DNA of 64,000 nt from NCBI GenBank assembly GCA_030690415.1, contig JAUYGZ010000008.1:47281-111280 (forward strand). The letters are read 5' to 3'. Below are positions 38,407 to 47,461 of the stretch, one piece after another. The position numbers were made by a program, and so were the translations under genes. Position 1 is the first letter of the stretch. Each line of letters starts with the position of its first letter. This DNA is from a bacterium (GTDB lineage Bacteria > Patescibacteriota > Gracilibacteria > JAUYGZ01). The notes beneath the pieces were generated by a model, which saw only the letters and a program-made list of their open reading frames with translations, was not told where the DNA came from and searched no databases.

Positions 38407-39369
38407 TCATTCTGAATCGGATTGGGAAATCATTTTGACTTCACCAATTCCCTTTAACGGCCTGATACTGCCGGCATTTCCGATGGATAAGAGCCGCTCA
38501 TTGATTTCCTGCCCCGTTTTCGAGACCGCGAGACCTCCTGTTGAGGTTTCCCGGATCGCAGGCGACATGTTTTTCGCGATGTTATTCATCGCCATCACAA
38601 CCTCATCGAAGGGAACTACGGACTCGATACCTGCGTAGCTCATGTCACTGGCCGTCATGGCGTGACAGACTCCGATCGCGTTTCGTTTGGCGCAGGGGAC
38701 TTCAACCAGTCCCGCGATGGGGTCACAGGCCAGACCCAGCATGTTTTTTAGGGCGAGAGCTGAAGCATTGATGCTCTGCTGAGGAGTCATGCCTCTCAAT
38801 TCGGAAATCGCCGCCGCCGCCATGGCACTCGAAGCTCCAACTTCCGCCTGACACCCTGCCTTGGCTGCTGAGAAGGTGGAAATATGAGCAATCACCATAC
38901 CAACTCCTGCGGAAGTCAGCAGTGCCCGTGCAATCGTTTCATCGTCAAATCCCAAATCTTCCTGCATGGCAATGAGAAGTCCGGGAATAATACCTGAAGA
39001 TCCTGCCGTGGGTGCGGCGACAATGGTGCCCATGGCCGCGTTACAGCCCATCACCGAAAGCGCGTACGCGCAGGCTTTGACCATCAGTGGACTGAGGAGC
39101 ATCTGATCATTTCCGATTTTTTCCGACATTCTCTTCGCCTCATCTTTGATCATCCCACTCTTACTCTCCTTCACCGTCATTCCCATATCTCGCGACTTCT
39201 TCATCACCTGGAGACGGTCAATCGCATTGCTGATGACATCTTCAGAGGAGTGACCTGTCAGCTCCTGCTCCGTCTTGATGACCAGGTCGGAAATGCGACT
39301 CAGATCAGACTCTCGACTGATGAGAGTGAGCATCCGTTCCGATGAATAGAAGAGGTAGCTATCAGCCAT
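38407..39369 (-). CDS. sdaAA: L-serine dehydratase, Fe-S dependent, alpha subunit
   Basis: AAPTAGSSG, GCQAEVG, LGLACDPIAGLVEVPC, RETSTGGLA. Confidence 0.95.
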   Translation of the reverse strand: MADSYLFYSSERMLTLISRESDLSRISDLVIKTEQELTGHSSEDVISNAIDRLQVMKKSRDMGMTVKESKSGMIKDEAKRMSEKIGNDQMLLSPLMVKACAYALSVMGCNAAMGTIVAAPTAGSSGIIPGLLIAMQEDLGFDDETIARALLTSAGVGMVIAHISTFSAAKAGCQAEVGASSAMAAAAISELRGMTPQQSINASALALKNMLGLACDPIAGLVEVPCAKRNAIGVCHAMTASDMSYAGIESVVPFDEVVMAMNNIAKNMSPAIRETSTGGLAVSKTGQEINERLLSIGNAGSIRPLKGIGEVKMISQSDSE

Positions 39370-39375
39370 AAGGTA

Positions 39376-40065
39376 TTATGCGAAGTGTTGGTAATTGGAA
39401 ATATGATTGAGAAAACGCAAAAAAATCACACCTTCTGTCGTCTCCAGGTCTTCGATAATCTTCGAATCAAAGTGTTCAAAGGTTTCTACCGTAAGCATCG
39501 AGAGTTCTTTGTAATGACTGATATCAAATTTTACGATGTTCATATTCATCTGCTTCACCTTGTCCAAAATGCTGAGGGCGTCAGTCGTACGATTGCTCAG
39601 CATCACAATGAGACAGGAATAAGACATATCGATCTGACAATCCACCTTGTCGATTTCCCGGATCACAATTTTCCCGCCCCCAATTGATTTTCCCCTCACG
39701 CGATGAAACGAACCGTCCGCATTGGTCATCTCGATGCGCACTGAATTAGGATGAACCGTGTCCCCGAGATTTGAGGGGGATATGATGACCTTCATGCCCA
39801 CCTGCTCGGCAAGTTCCGCGGCATTTCGTATCTGATCGGAGTGGGGAAGGAGTCCCAGCAAACCCCCAATGATGGCTTTATCGGTACAATGGCCTTCGTA
39901 GACCTGCCCAAAAGAACCATGCAGGAGAAGCTTGACCTCTTTAGGCTGCTGACCATTGATAATCCTCGCGAAATACCCAATCTTGGCAGCGCCAGCGGTA
40001 TGGGAGCTGGATGGGCCAACCATGACCGGACCTATGACGTCAAAAACGCTCCAAGATTCAGACAT
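39376..40065 (-). CDS. sdaAB: L-serine dehydratase beta subunit
   Basis: SVFDVIGPVMVGPSSSHTAGA, HPNSV, SIGGG. Confidence 0.95.
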   Translation of the reverse strand: MSESWSVFDVIGPVMVGPSSSHTAGAAKIGYFARIINGQQPKEVKLLLHGSFGQVYEGHCTDKAIIGGLLGLLPHSDQIRNAAELAEQVGMKVIISPSNLGDTVHPNSVRIEMTNADGSFHRVRGKSIGGGKIVIREIDKVDCQIDMSYSCLIVMLSNRTTDALSILDKVKQMNMNIVKFDISHYKELSMLTVETFEHFDSKIIEDLETTEGVIFLRFLNHISNYQHFA

Positions 40066-40136
40066 TTATCAGGGTAAATGATGCACCAACTATACCGTCA
40101 ATGTACTATTTTTCAATTCAATTTAGCCTCTTTGGA

Positions 40137-41099
40137 TCATCTGTAATCATCCGAACTCGTCTCCCGAATCCGATCCTTCCGGAGATTCTCCACCTGGTCT
40201 CTGATCCCATCCTCCAGCTGAACTGTCGGCACGTAGCCGAGGACTGAGCGAATTTTGTCGATGGAAGCGTGTTGGCCTTGGATATAGCCTTCTTTTACGG
40301 GGTTCTCGATGTATTGGGGCTGGACTGGCTTTCCGAAGGCTTTCGAAAGGGCTGAAACAATGTCGTTCAGGGAAGTTCCCTTTCCCGTGCCGATATTGAA
40401 CACTTCGGCTCCTAATAATTGGGGATGCTCGATCGCTTTCGTAATACCCTGAACCACATCGCGAACGTTGGTGAAGTCACGAGTCTGAGATCCGTCACCG
40501 TAGATCACGGGAGCTAAATCACGAGCGACATCCCAGGCGAACTGAGAAATGATGTTCGCATATTTCCCCTTGGCCTCTTCGTTGGGCCCATAGACACTCA
40601 TAAATCGGAAGCCAATGATGTCCATCTCGGGGTACACCCGGTTGTAACACTCACCGCAGTGCTCATAGACTTCTTTCGTCACCGCATAGTGATTGAGAGG
40701 TCGCACCTGCTGGTCCTCGGTCAATGGCATGGGGTTGTTTCCATAGAGAGAAGATGTGGAAGCATAAAGCACTTTTTTCGTCCCATTTTTTCTGGCCCAG
40801 TCCAGGACCGTGACGAAGGATTGGACGGAATTGACATAGCCCTGTACGAACCCGTCTCCCATAAACATCGGGGCTGATGAAGTGCCAGCAAGATGGAGTA
40901 CAGTATCCACCGGATCAACCTTATTCAAATCGTCGGTATTGCAGGCATCTCCTCTTATGAATCTGATGTGCTGATCAAGGTTTCTTTCGTCACCGAGGAA
41001 AAGGTTATCCAATGCAGTGATCTCAAAGCGTTCTTTGTTGAGATTGCAGAAGTTGGAGCCGATGAAACCGGCTCCGCCGGTGACGAGGATCTTTTTCAT
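40137..41099 (-). CDS. NAD-dependent epimerase/dehydratase
   Basis: TGGAGFIGS, ASTSSLYG, YAVTK, VYGP, GDGSQTRDF. Confidence 0.92.
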   Translation of the reverse strand: MKKILVTGGAGFIGSNFCNLNKERFEITALDNLFLGDERNLDQHIRFIRGDACNTDDLNKVDPVDTVLHLAGTSSAPMFMGDGFVQGYVNSVQSFVTVLDWARKNGTKKVLYASTSSLYGNNPMPLTEDQQVRPLNHYAVTKEVYEHCGECYNRVYPEMDIIGFRFMSVYGPNEEAKGKYANIISQFAWDVARDLAPVIYGDGSQTRDFTNVRDVVQGITKAIEHPQLLGAEVFNIGTGKGTSLNDIVSALSKAFGKPVQPQYIENPVKEGYIQGQHASIDKIRSVLGYVPTVQLEDGIRDQVENLRKDRIRETSSDDYR

Positions 41100-41103
41100 G
41101 TCA

Positions 41104-42486
41104 CTACAATTCTTTAACCGATTCGAGAATTTTCTCAGCCGTCTTTGGCCCGACTCCATCGAGTGATTCTAGATCCGCTATCTTTGCCGCCTTCAGTTTT
41201 TCCACCGTGTCAATTCCAGCGGCAGTTAATGAACCTGCGATTTTTTCTGAAACGCCATCAACAGAAGTGAGGTCATCTCCTGGTAAAGCTTCCTCCTTAT
41301 CATCCTTATCATCCTTATCGTCCTTCCCCATATCGTCCTTCTTCATAACATCTCCGAAAGCTCCCGGCGCATTATTCATTTCTTCATCCATATTTTCCAT
41401 CCCGGGTGGAACCGGAAGCAGTTTTTTCATGGAAAGTCCGATTCGGTGGTCCTTAAGATCAAGCTTTATGACTTCGGCTTCGATTTCCTGGCCTACTTTC
41501 AGAACTTTGTCGATATCATCGATCTTTTCATGAGAAATCTCGGACAGGTGAATCAGTCCATTGATCTCATCCTCAAGCGTGACAAAGGCTCCGAAGGTCG
41601 TCAGTCGATTGACCTTGCCTTTCACCTTGGCTCCCATATCATACTTCTTCGCGGCCTCCTGCCAGGGGTCTGCTTGTAAACGCTTGACGGAGAGTGAAAT
41701 CTTTTCTCCTTCCATACCGATCACCATGACTTCTACCGGGTCGCCGAGTTTTCCGTAATCGGATGGATTGCGAACATGGCCCCAAGCGATTTCTGAGATA
41801 TGCACCAGTCCCTCCAGACCATCAAAAGCCACGAAGAGTCCAAACTTGACGATACCGGAAATCTTTCCCTTCACGACATCGCCCGCCTTTAGCTTGTGCA
41901 AACGATCAGATCGTCCTTCTTCTTCTGCTGCTCGTTCAGAAAGAATAAGTTTGCCGTTTTCTCGATCAATAGAGATAATTTTGACTCGAAACTTCTCCCC
42001 GATCAGATTTTGGAGACGTCTCAGGATTTCCTGTGAATTTGCTTCATTCACTCTAGGATAGTGCATTGGTGCCAACTGAGAAACGGGAAGAAATCCTTTG
42101 ATCGAATCGATCTCCAGAAGCAATCCTCCCTTATTGGCCTCATCCACTTTGACATCGAAGACTTTTCCTTCGTTATACATTTTTTCGAATCGATCCCAGG
42201 CTGTGTTTTGAGCTGCTTTTCGGAGTGAGAGGACAAAAAAACCTTCGTCATTCTCATCTTCCACGACAACCGCTTGTATTTCGTCTCCTTTCTCAACAGT
42301 TTTGTAGGTCCCGGCACTATCGTGGGTTTCACGACCGGAAATAATTCCAACGGCCTGTCCCTGACACAAATCAACCAGGCAACGATTCTTGGATCGATCG
42401 AGAACAATACCGGTAACAAGGTCTCCCGGCTTGGGAAAAGGATTTTCCTGGGCGGCCGTAACCGCCATGAGCATGACATCATCCAT
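41104..42486 (-). CDS. rpsA: 30S ribosomal protein S1 with C-terminal helix-hairpin-helix domain
   Basis: Four S1 repeats (GFLPVSQL, EGLVHISEI, GLIHLSEI); C-terminal VDGVSEK...LDGVGPKTAEKI. Confidence 0.88.
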   Translation of the reverse strand: MDDVMLMAVTAAQENPFPKPGDLVTGIVLDRSKNRCLVDLCQGQAVGIISGRETHDSAGTYKTVEKGDEIQAVVVEDENDEGFFVLSLRKAAQNTAWDRFEKMYNEGKVFDVKVDEANKGGLLLEIDSIKGFLPVSQLAPMHYPRVNEANSQEILRRLQNLIGEKFRVKIISIDRENGKLILSERAAEEEGRSDRLHKLKAGDVVKGKISGIVKFGLFVAFDGLEGLVHISEIAWGHVRNPSDYGKLGDPVEVMVIGMEGEKISLSVKRLQADPWQEAAKKYDMGAKVKGKVNRLTTFGAFVTLEDEINGLIHLSEISHEKIDDIDKVLKVGQEIEAEVIKLDLKDHRIGLSMKKLLPVPPGMENMDEEMNNAPGAFGDVMKKDDMGKDDKDDKDDKEEALPGDDLTSVDGVSEKIAGSLTAAGIDTVEKLKAAKIADLESLDGVGPKTAEKILESVKEL

Positions 42487-42621
42487 AAAACATTCACGCG
42501 ATCTTGAGGAGTACAAAGGCCTTCCAGCTATGGCTCCGATCGCATGAGTGATCACAGCAAAGAAAGCCAAGGTATTATAATGAATATGGGAGTGGAGTAA
42601 AGGAGAATTGATAGACTCTCA

Positions 42622-43692
42622 TCATCTAGCCCCTTGTGCCATCTTCTTTGCCTGATCCTCGATCATAAGACTCTCCATGATGTCATCAATATCGCCATTC
42701 ATGATCGTGGGAAGGTTTGACCAGCTCTGCTTGATCCTGTGGTCGGTCACCCTGTCCTGGGGAAAATTGTAGGTTCGGATTTTTTCCGAACGATCTCCTG
42801 AGCCGATCTGAGCCAGACGTTCTTCTCCTCTTTCCTTTGCCGACCGTTCTTCTTCCGCGGCCAAAAGACGGGATCGAAGAATTTTCATAGCCTTTACCTT
42901 GTTCTTCAGCTGGGATTTTTCGTCCTGGCAGGAGACCACCATTCCTGAGGGAATATGGGTAATACGAACCGCGCTATCAGTCGTGTTTACGCTCTGCCCA
43001 CCATGACCACCGGCACGGAACACATCGATACGCAGGTCTTCCTGTTTGATATCGACATCCACTTCCTCAGCCTCCGGGAGCACCGCCACGGTAATGGCTG
43101 AAGTATGGATTCGTCCCTGACTTTCCGTCACGGGGATACGCTGGACCCTGTGGGTTCCCGACTCGTATTTGAAAATGGAATAGGCTCCATCTCCCTCAAT
43201 CCGGAATGAAGCTTCCTTGATCCCCCCGGCCTCCGCGTCACTTTTTGACATCATTTCAGTTCGAAATCCTTTTTTTTCCGCGAACCGTAGGAGCATGCGC
43301 ATAATCTCCGCCGCGAACAAGGCCGCTTCTTCTCCGCCAGTCCCGGCCCGCACTTCGACAATGACATTCTTTTCATCGTTAGGATCCTTCGGCAGCAGGG
43401 CTATCTTGATTTCTTCTTCCAGTATCTCTTTTTGCTCTTTCGCGTTCGCCAGCTCTTCTCTCGCCAGCTCCAGCAAATCTGAATCGGATTCCGTCTCGAT
43501 CACTTCTTCGCTTTCCTGAAGGCTCTTCAAACACTGCTCATAGCGTTTGGAGAGACTAACAAGAGGCTCTAGTCGTGCTCGACGTCGCGTCAGCTCAACG
43601 TATTGTTTTTGATCAGAGGCTATTGATGGCTGCATCAGCTGTTGGTTGATCTCTTCGAATTCGGCGACGATCTGTTGGAGTTTCTTGAGCAT
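42622..43692 (-). CDS. prfA: Peptide chain release factor 1
   Basis: RVQRIPVTE (PxT), [15 protein letters not shown]. Confidence 0.98.
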   Translation of the reverse strand: MLKKLQQIVAEFEEINQQLMQPSIASDQKQYVELTRRRARLEPLVSLSKRYEQCLKSLQESEEVIETESDSDLLELAREELANAKEQKEILEEEIKIALLPKDPNDEKNVIVEVRAGTGGEEAALFAAEIMRMLLRFAEKKGFRTEMMSKSDAEAGGIKEASFRIEGDGAYSIFKYESGTHRVQRIPVTESQGRIHTSAITVAVLPEAEEVDVDIKQEDLRIDVFRAGGHGGQSVNTTDSAVRITHIPSGMVVSCQDEKSQLKNKVKAMKILRSRLLAAEEERSAKERGEERLAQIGSGDRSEKIRTYNFPQDRVTDHRIKQSWSNLPTIMNGDIDDIMESLMIEDQAKKMAQGAR

Positions 43693-43806
43693 AATGATGT
43701 GATTCCGGACCAGAGTAGTGGATTTTCGAGCTCTTTTCAAGCACAGCCCTTGAAAGGCTCATTTTCTCATGCTACTTTTGGTGTACTTGTTTTCTTTACT
43801 CTTATT

Positions 43807-44163
43807 ATGAAAAAAATTGCTGTGTTTTCTTTTGCTCTTTTCTTGGCTTTGAGCCTGACAGCCTGCACACGTACTGCTGGAAAATACGATCAATTTGCCC
43901 AATGTCTGACAAAAAAAGGCATCACCATGTACGGATCGGACGAGTGTCCTCACTGTATGGATCAAAAGGCTTTATTTGAAGGATCCTTCGATATGGTTGA
44001 TTATGTGAACTGTCTTGTGGAGGGCGGCAAGTGCCAGAAAGCCGGTATCGAAGGTTATCCCACCTGGGTTGGGCCTAATAACAAGCGAGTGGTCGGGACA
44101 CAAAGCCTCAGCAGCCTCTCAGAAGAGTTTGATTGTCCACTGGAAGTGGAGACGGCCGGGTAG
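43807..44163 (+). CDS. Thioredoxin-fold lipoprotein
   Basis: Lipobox LTAC; MYGSDECPHC; GYPTW. Confidence 0.8.
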   Translation: MKKIAVFSFALFLALSLTACTRTAGKYDQFAQCLTKKGITMYGSDECPHCMDQKALFEGSFDMVDYVNCLVEGGKCQKAGIEGYPTWVGPNNKRVVGTQSLSSLSEEFDCPLEVETAG

Positions 44164-44353
44164 CTGGAAAAATCATCCTGATTAAAAAAAACCTTGTTGT
44201 TGCTTGACATACGACAGGGTTTTGTTTTATGATGATGCACTATTATCGCTTATTGACTAGCCGTTTTAGGAAGATTTGATTGGCCGTGGAGATTGACAAT
44301 CAAGCCTTTTCACATAGAATGGCGGCCTCAAATCTTGCCCATTTTGGTTTATC

Positions 44354-45517
44354 ATGAGTCATCCCAACCATATTTCTTCAGAACACCTCCCCTCGAAGAA
44401 TGGAGCTAACGGTTTGAGTGGTATTGATCCCGAAGAGCTTGAAAAAGCTGTTCGGTGTGGAAGCATTGATGAAAATCTTGATACCAAGCATATCGCAGAG
44501 GTCGCTCGATTTCTTTTCAGTCATAAGGATATCCTCACCCAGGGAGGATTCCCTAATATCATCCGAGCCAATTATAAGGGGCTTAATCTTGAGGCTCATG
44601 GCAGACCTCATTTTATTACAGATTCTTTGCTGGTCATTGAATGCCTGAATAATGCCATTAATACCGGTGAACAAACCTCTGAACAAAGACCAAAAAAGGT
44701 GCTCATACTGGGGCCTGGCCCAGGTCGATTGGTCATTCCTGAAATTGAAATGGCTATAAAACTTGGCGTGAAGGAACTTCTCTTCAATGATTTGAGCCCC
44801 GATCACATTGACCAGCTTCGAGAAAAGATTGCGGAGAGCTATGGTACTCGAGACCAAAAAATTGGAGGGGTAGAACTTAAGTTTGAAGTGGGTGACTTTG
44901 TTGATGTTGCTGGGAAATTGGAAAACAACTCGTTTGATGCTGTATCAGCCATGTGGTTCGTAACTCCTGAAATCGCCGATTTCAGTTCTGTTGAGGCTTT
45001 GAGAGCAAAGCGAGAAAAACTTTACGGCCATATTCGCAGACTCCTCACGAAACAAGGGAGCTTCATTGAAGATGTTCCGCTTAGCGATAGCCGATTGGGC
45101 GGATTTTATTATCTGGTAAGACTCAAAACATATAAGGTCTTACATGATCTTGATATCCTTGAAGGGGAAAATGAACACTGCATTATTACAAGCTACAGCT
45201 CTCAGAAGGGTGGACTTCCATACCATATTCGCTTTGCCCCTTCGCACATCAGACATAGCAAAGAAATGGAAGATGCCCAACTCAGGTTTGTTAAAGCTAT
45301 TGATACCCTTCAACCAGTGGGGATTCGCACTGATGGAGAAGAGGCGTTTAAGATGAAATTTGGATCTGCTAGTAACATCATAGACCTCTTTCGCAATAAT
45401 ACGATCGAAGCGATTCAGGCTTGTTTCAATGAAGGCAGTGCTAAATTACTTCTCCGCCCTAGCTCAAATGACCCGTTGAGAAAAGTGAAGCGAACGTACA
45501 TGTTCGAAAGCCACTAG
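44354..45517 (+). CDS. Class I SAM-dependent methyltransferase-like protein
   Basis: VLILGPGPGR, NDLS, GDF, SFDAV, RLLTKQGSF. Confidence 0.7.
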   Translation: MSHPNHISSEHLPSKNGANGLSGIDPEELEKAVRCGSIDENLDTKHIAEVARFLFSHKDILTQGGFPNIIRANYKGLNLEAHGRPHFITDSLLVIECLNNAINTGEQTSEQRPKKVLILGPGPGRLVIPEIEMAIKLGVKELLFNDLSPDHIDQLREKIAESYGTRDQKIGGVELKFEVGDFVDVAGKLENNSFDAVSAMWFVTPEIADFSSVEALRAKREKLYGHIRRLLTKQGSFIEDVPLSDSRLGGFYYLVRLKTYKVLHDLDILEGENEHCIITSYSSQKGGLPYHIRFAPSHIRHSKEMEDAQLRFVKAIDTLQPVGIRTDGEEAFKMKFGSASNIIDLFRNNTIEAIQACFNEGSAKLLLRPSSNDPLRKVKRTYMFESH

Positions 45518-46251
45518 TCTTTCTTGAGTTCCCAAATAAATTCAAATAGGGTTCTCCAGGTGTTAGCTTCTGCTTTGTTTCTCCTCAATGTACCTTGCTG
45601 AGGGCTCACTGAGAAGGCCATCACCAGATCGCCCACAATATTGATGTTGGCATCGACATTAAAATCTTTGATGAGTTTCACTTCCGTAAACTCTCCCTGA
45701 TTTTTTTCTTTGTACTCCTTATCCTCCTCGTTAAAGGGACAAATGACAAAGGCCTTCACCTTGTTCATTTTTCTCTTTTCAACATAGTTGTTGAGAAAGA
45801 TTTCTCCAATTTCGCTACTACTCAGTTTGTTCTCTAAGGCATAAATGGGTTGTCCTGTTCGTATCGCTTCATCCAGTATTTCCATATACACCCTCCGAAT
45901 TCCTTCCCATCCTTCGTATTTCATGATCCCCAATTTTTCCTGCTGCTGAAACTGTGGGATTAATTTTTTCAGAGCTGTGATTGATTTTTTTTCCCTCTCT
46001 AGGCGTTCTTCAAGCTGGAGTACGGAAAGTGCATGAAAGATTTCTTCACCTGTTGTCCCTTCGAAGGAAAAAATAAGTCCTTTTTCAAGGAGTTCATCAA
46101 TTCCCATTTGAATCGTGTCCTGGGGTTTATCCATGAGCTCCTGAAGTTTTTTGTGAGTCAATTCTCCGTGAACCAGGAGTTCCACATACAAATCAGCACT
46201 TGCTGATTGAATTCCGAGAGTCTGTCCAAGATCTGTTACATCAAGAGCCAT
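45514..46251 (-). CDS. TrmB-family transcriptional regulator
   Basis: LGI..ADLYVELL wHTH, KYEGWEGIRRVY, C-terminal TLFEFIWE. Confidence 0.8.
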   Translation of the reverse strand: MALDVTDLGQTLGIQSASADLYVELLVHGELTHKKLQELMDKPQDTIQMGIDELLEKGLIFSFEGTTGEEIFHALSVLQLEERLEREKKSITALKKLIPQFQQQEKLGIMKYEGWEGIRRVYMEILDEAIRTGQPIYALENKLSSSEIGEIFLNNYVEKRKMNKVKAFVICPFNEEDKEYKEKNQGEFTEVKLIKDFNVDANINIVGDLVMAFSVSPQQGTLRRNKAEANTWRTLFEFIWELKKD

Positions 46252-46260
46252 ATATTGTGG

Positions 46261-46806
46261 TTATCGATGGTGATTACTGGCTTTTCTAGTCTCTTTCTCA
46301 AGTCGATCATAGAGGCTTAGGAGGCTTTTTTGGAGATAGGACAATCTATTGTTTTTGATTATCCGTTCGAAGAGAGGAAGCAGCATATCATTTGTTTCAT
46401 CGATATACTCATTCTGTTTTTCAGGGCTAAATCCATGAATCGTCTGAAGATTGTGGAGCCGATCAGCCATTTTGATGAGGACGGATTCAGGATGCACTGA
46501 CCAGGCTTGCTCCATATCATCCAGGCTTCCCTTCATCTTGCAGTAGGAGGTATTCCATGAGGAAAGCTTGGAGACAAGATCCACCAGCTCAGCTACCTTG
46601 TCGCCGAAGCGGAGCCTGAGATATTCCTTGGTAATCGAAGTGTCTTCCAAAACATCGTGGAGCAGCGCGGCGTTCAAAATAGCTTCTTCCTTGATCCCTT
46701 CGTCCACCAGGATTTTTCGCACGGCAATAGGGTGACTGGAGGCCTTGGCTCCTGTCTTTCGCTTCTTGCCTTCGTACACGTGTTCGAGAAAGGCTCTGAT
46801 ATTCAT
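46261..46806 (-). CDS. HD-domain small alarmone hydrolase (Mesh1/SpoT-like)
   Basis: RKTG..SHPIAV, AALLHDVLEDT, IKMADRLHNL; no synthetase domain. Confidence 0.82.
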   Translation of the reverse strand: MNIRAFLEHVYEGKKRKTGAKASSHPIAVRKILVDEGIKEEAILNAALLHDVLEDTSITKEYLRLRFGDKVAELVDLVSKLSSWNTSYCKMKGSLDDMEQAWSVHPESVLIKMADRLHNLQTIHGFSPEKQNEYIDETNDMLLPLFERIIKNNRLSYLQKSLLSLYDRLEKETRKASNHHR

Positions 46807-46872
46807 AATACGATGAAACGATGTCATTCATCATATCGTGTTTTTGCCTTTATTCCAAGCGATTTCGTGCTT

Positions 46873-47304
46873 TTACCCCTTCTGATTGTAGAAGGGGTCT
46901 TTCCAGACACTCACGCCAAGGTAGACCACGAAGGCATTGATGGCAATGCCTACCACCTCGCCCATGGAGAGAGACTGGAGGAGGCCCAAGACAGAGAATA
47001 CCAGCACTACGATCAGTGCCCATCGGGCTCCCGCGAATAGGCCTCTGGTCATAAAGAAAGAAAAAACGGCTATACCTATCAGAATCAACGCGAAGACCCA
47101 AAACATACCCTGAAGCATGCCGGTGACTCCTCCCGCCACCAGAGGATCCATTCCGGGTGCCCCCTGAAGCATTCCCCCCATCAATCCGAACATCATACCT
47201 TGTCCAAAGAGTGCCAACACGCCACCGATTGCCGCAATCGCGGTTCCAATAGCGGCAAGATAACCCAAGACGGTACCCTGCCAAGGACGAACTACTTTTA
47301 CCAT
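46873..47304 (-). CDS. Hypothetical membrane protein
   Basis: Four hydrophobic segments. Confidence 0.7.
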   Translation of the reverse strand: MVKVVRPWQGTVLGYLAAIGTAIAAIGGVLALFGQGMMFGLMGGMLQGAPGMDPLVAGGVTGMLQGMFWVFALILIGIAVFSFFMTRGLFAGARWALIVVLVFSVLGLLQSLSMGEVVGIAINAFVVYLGVSVWKDPFYNQKG

Positions 47305-47461
47305 AAAAAATAATTAGGAATTAAGCTGATTGTATCATATCTCGAACATCAGTGTCCAAACTGTGAGAAGAGTTGTAATAAGAACGTCATAAATTCTCTT
47401 TGATTTATAGTCAAGTTTCTTTTATAGTACACTCCTTTGTGTATTCATAATCTCTTCACTT

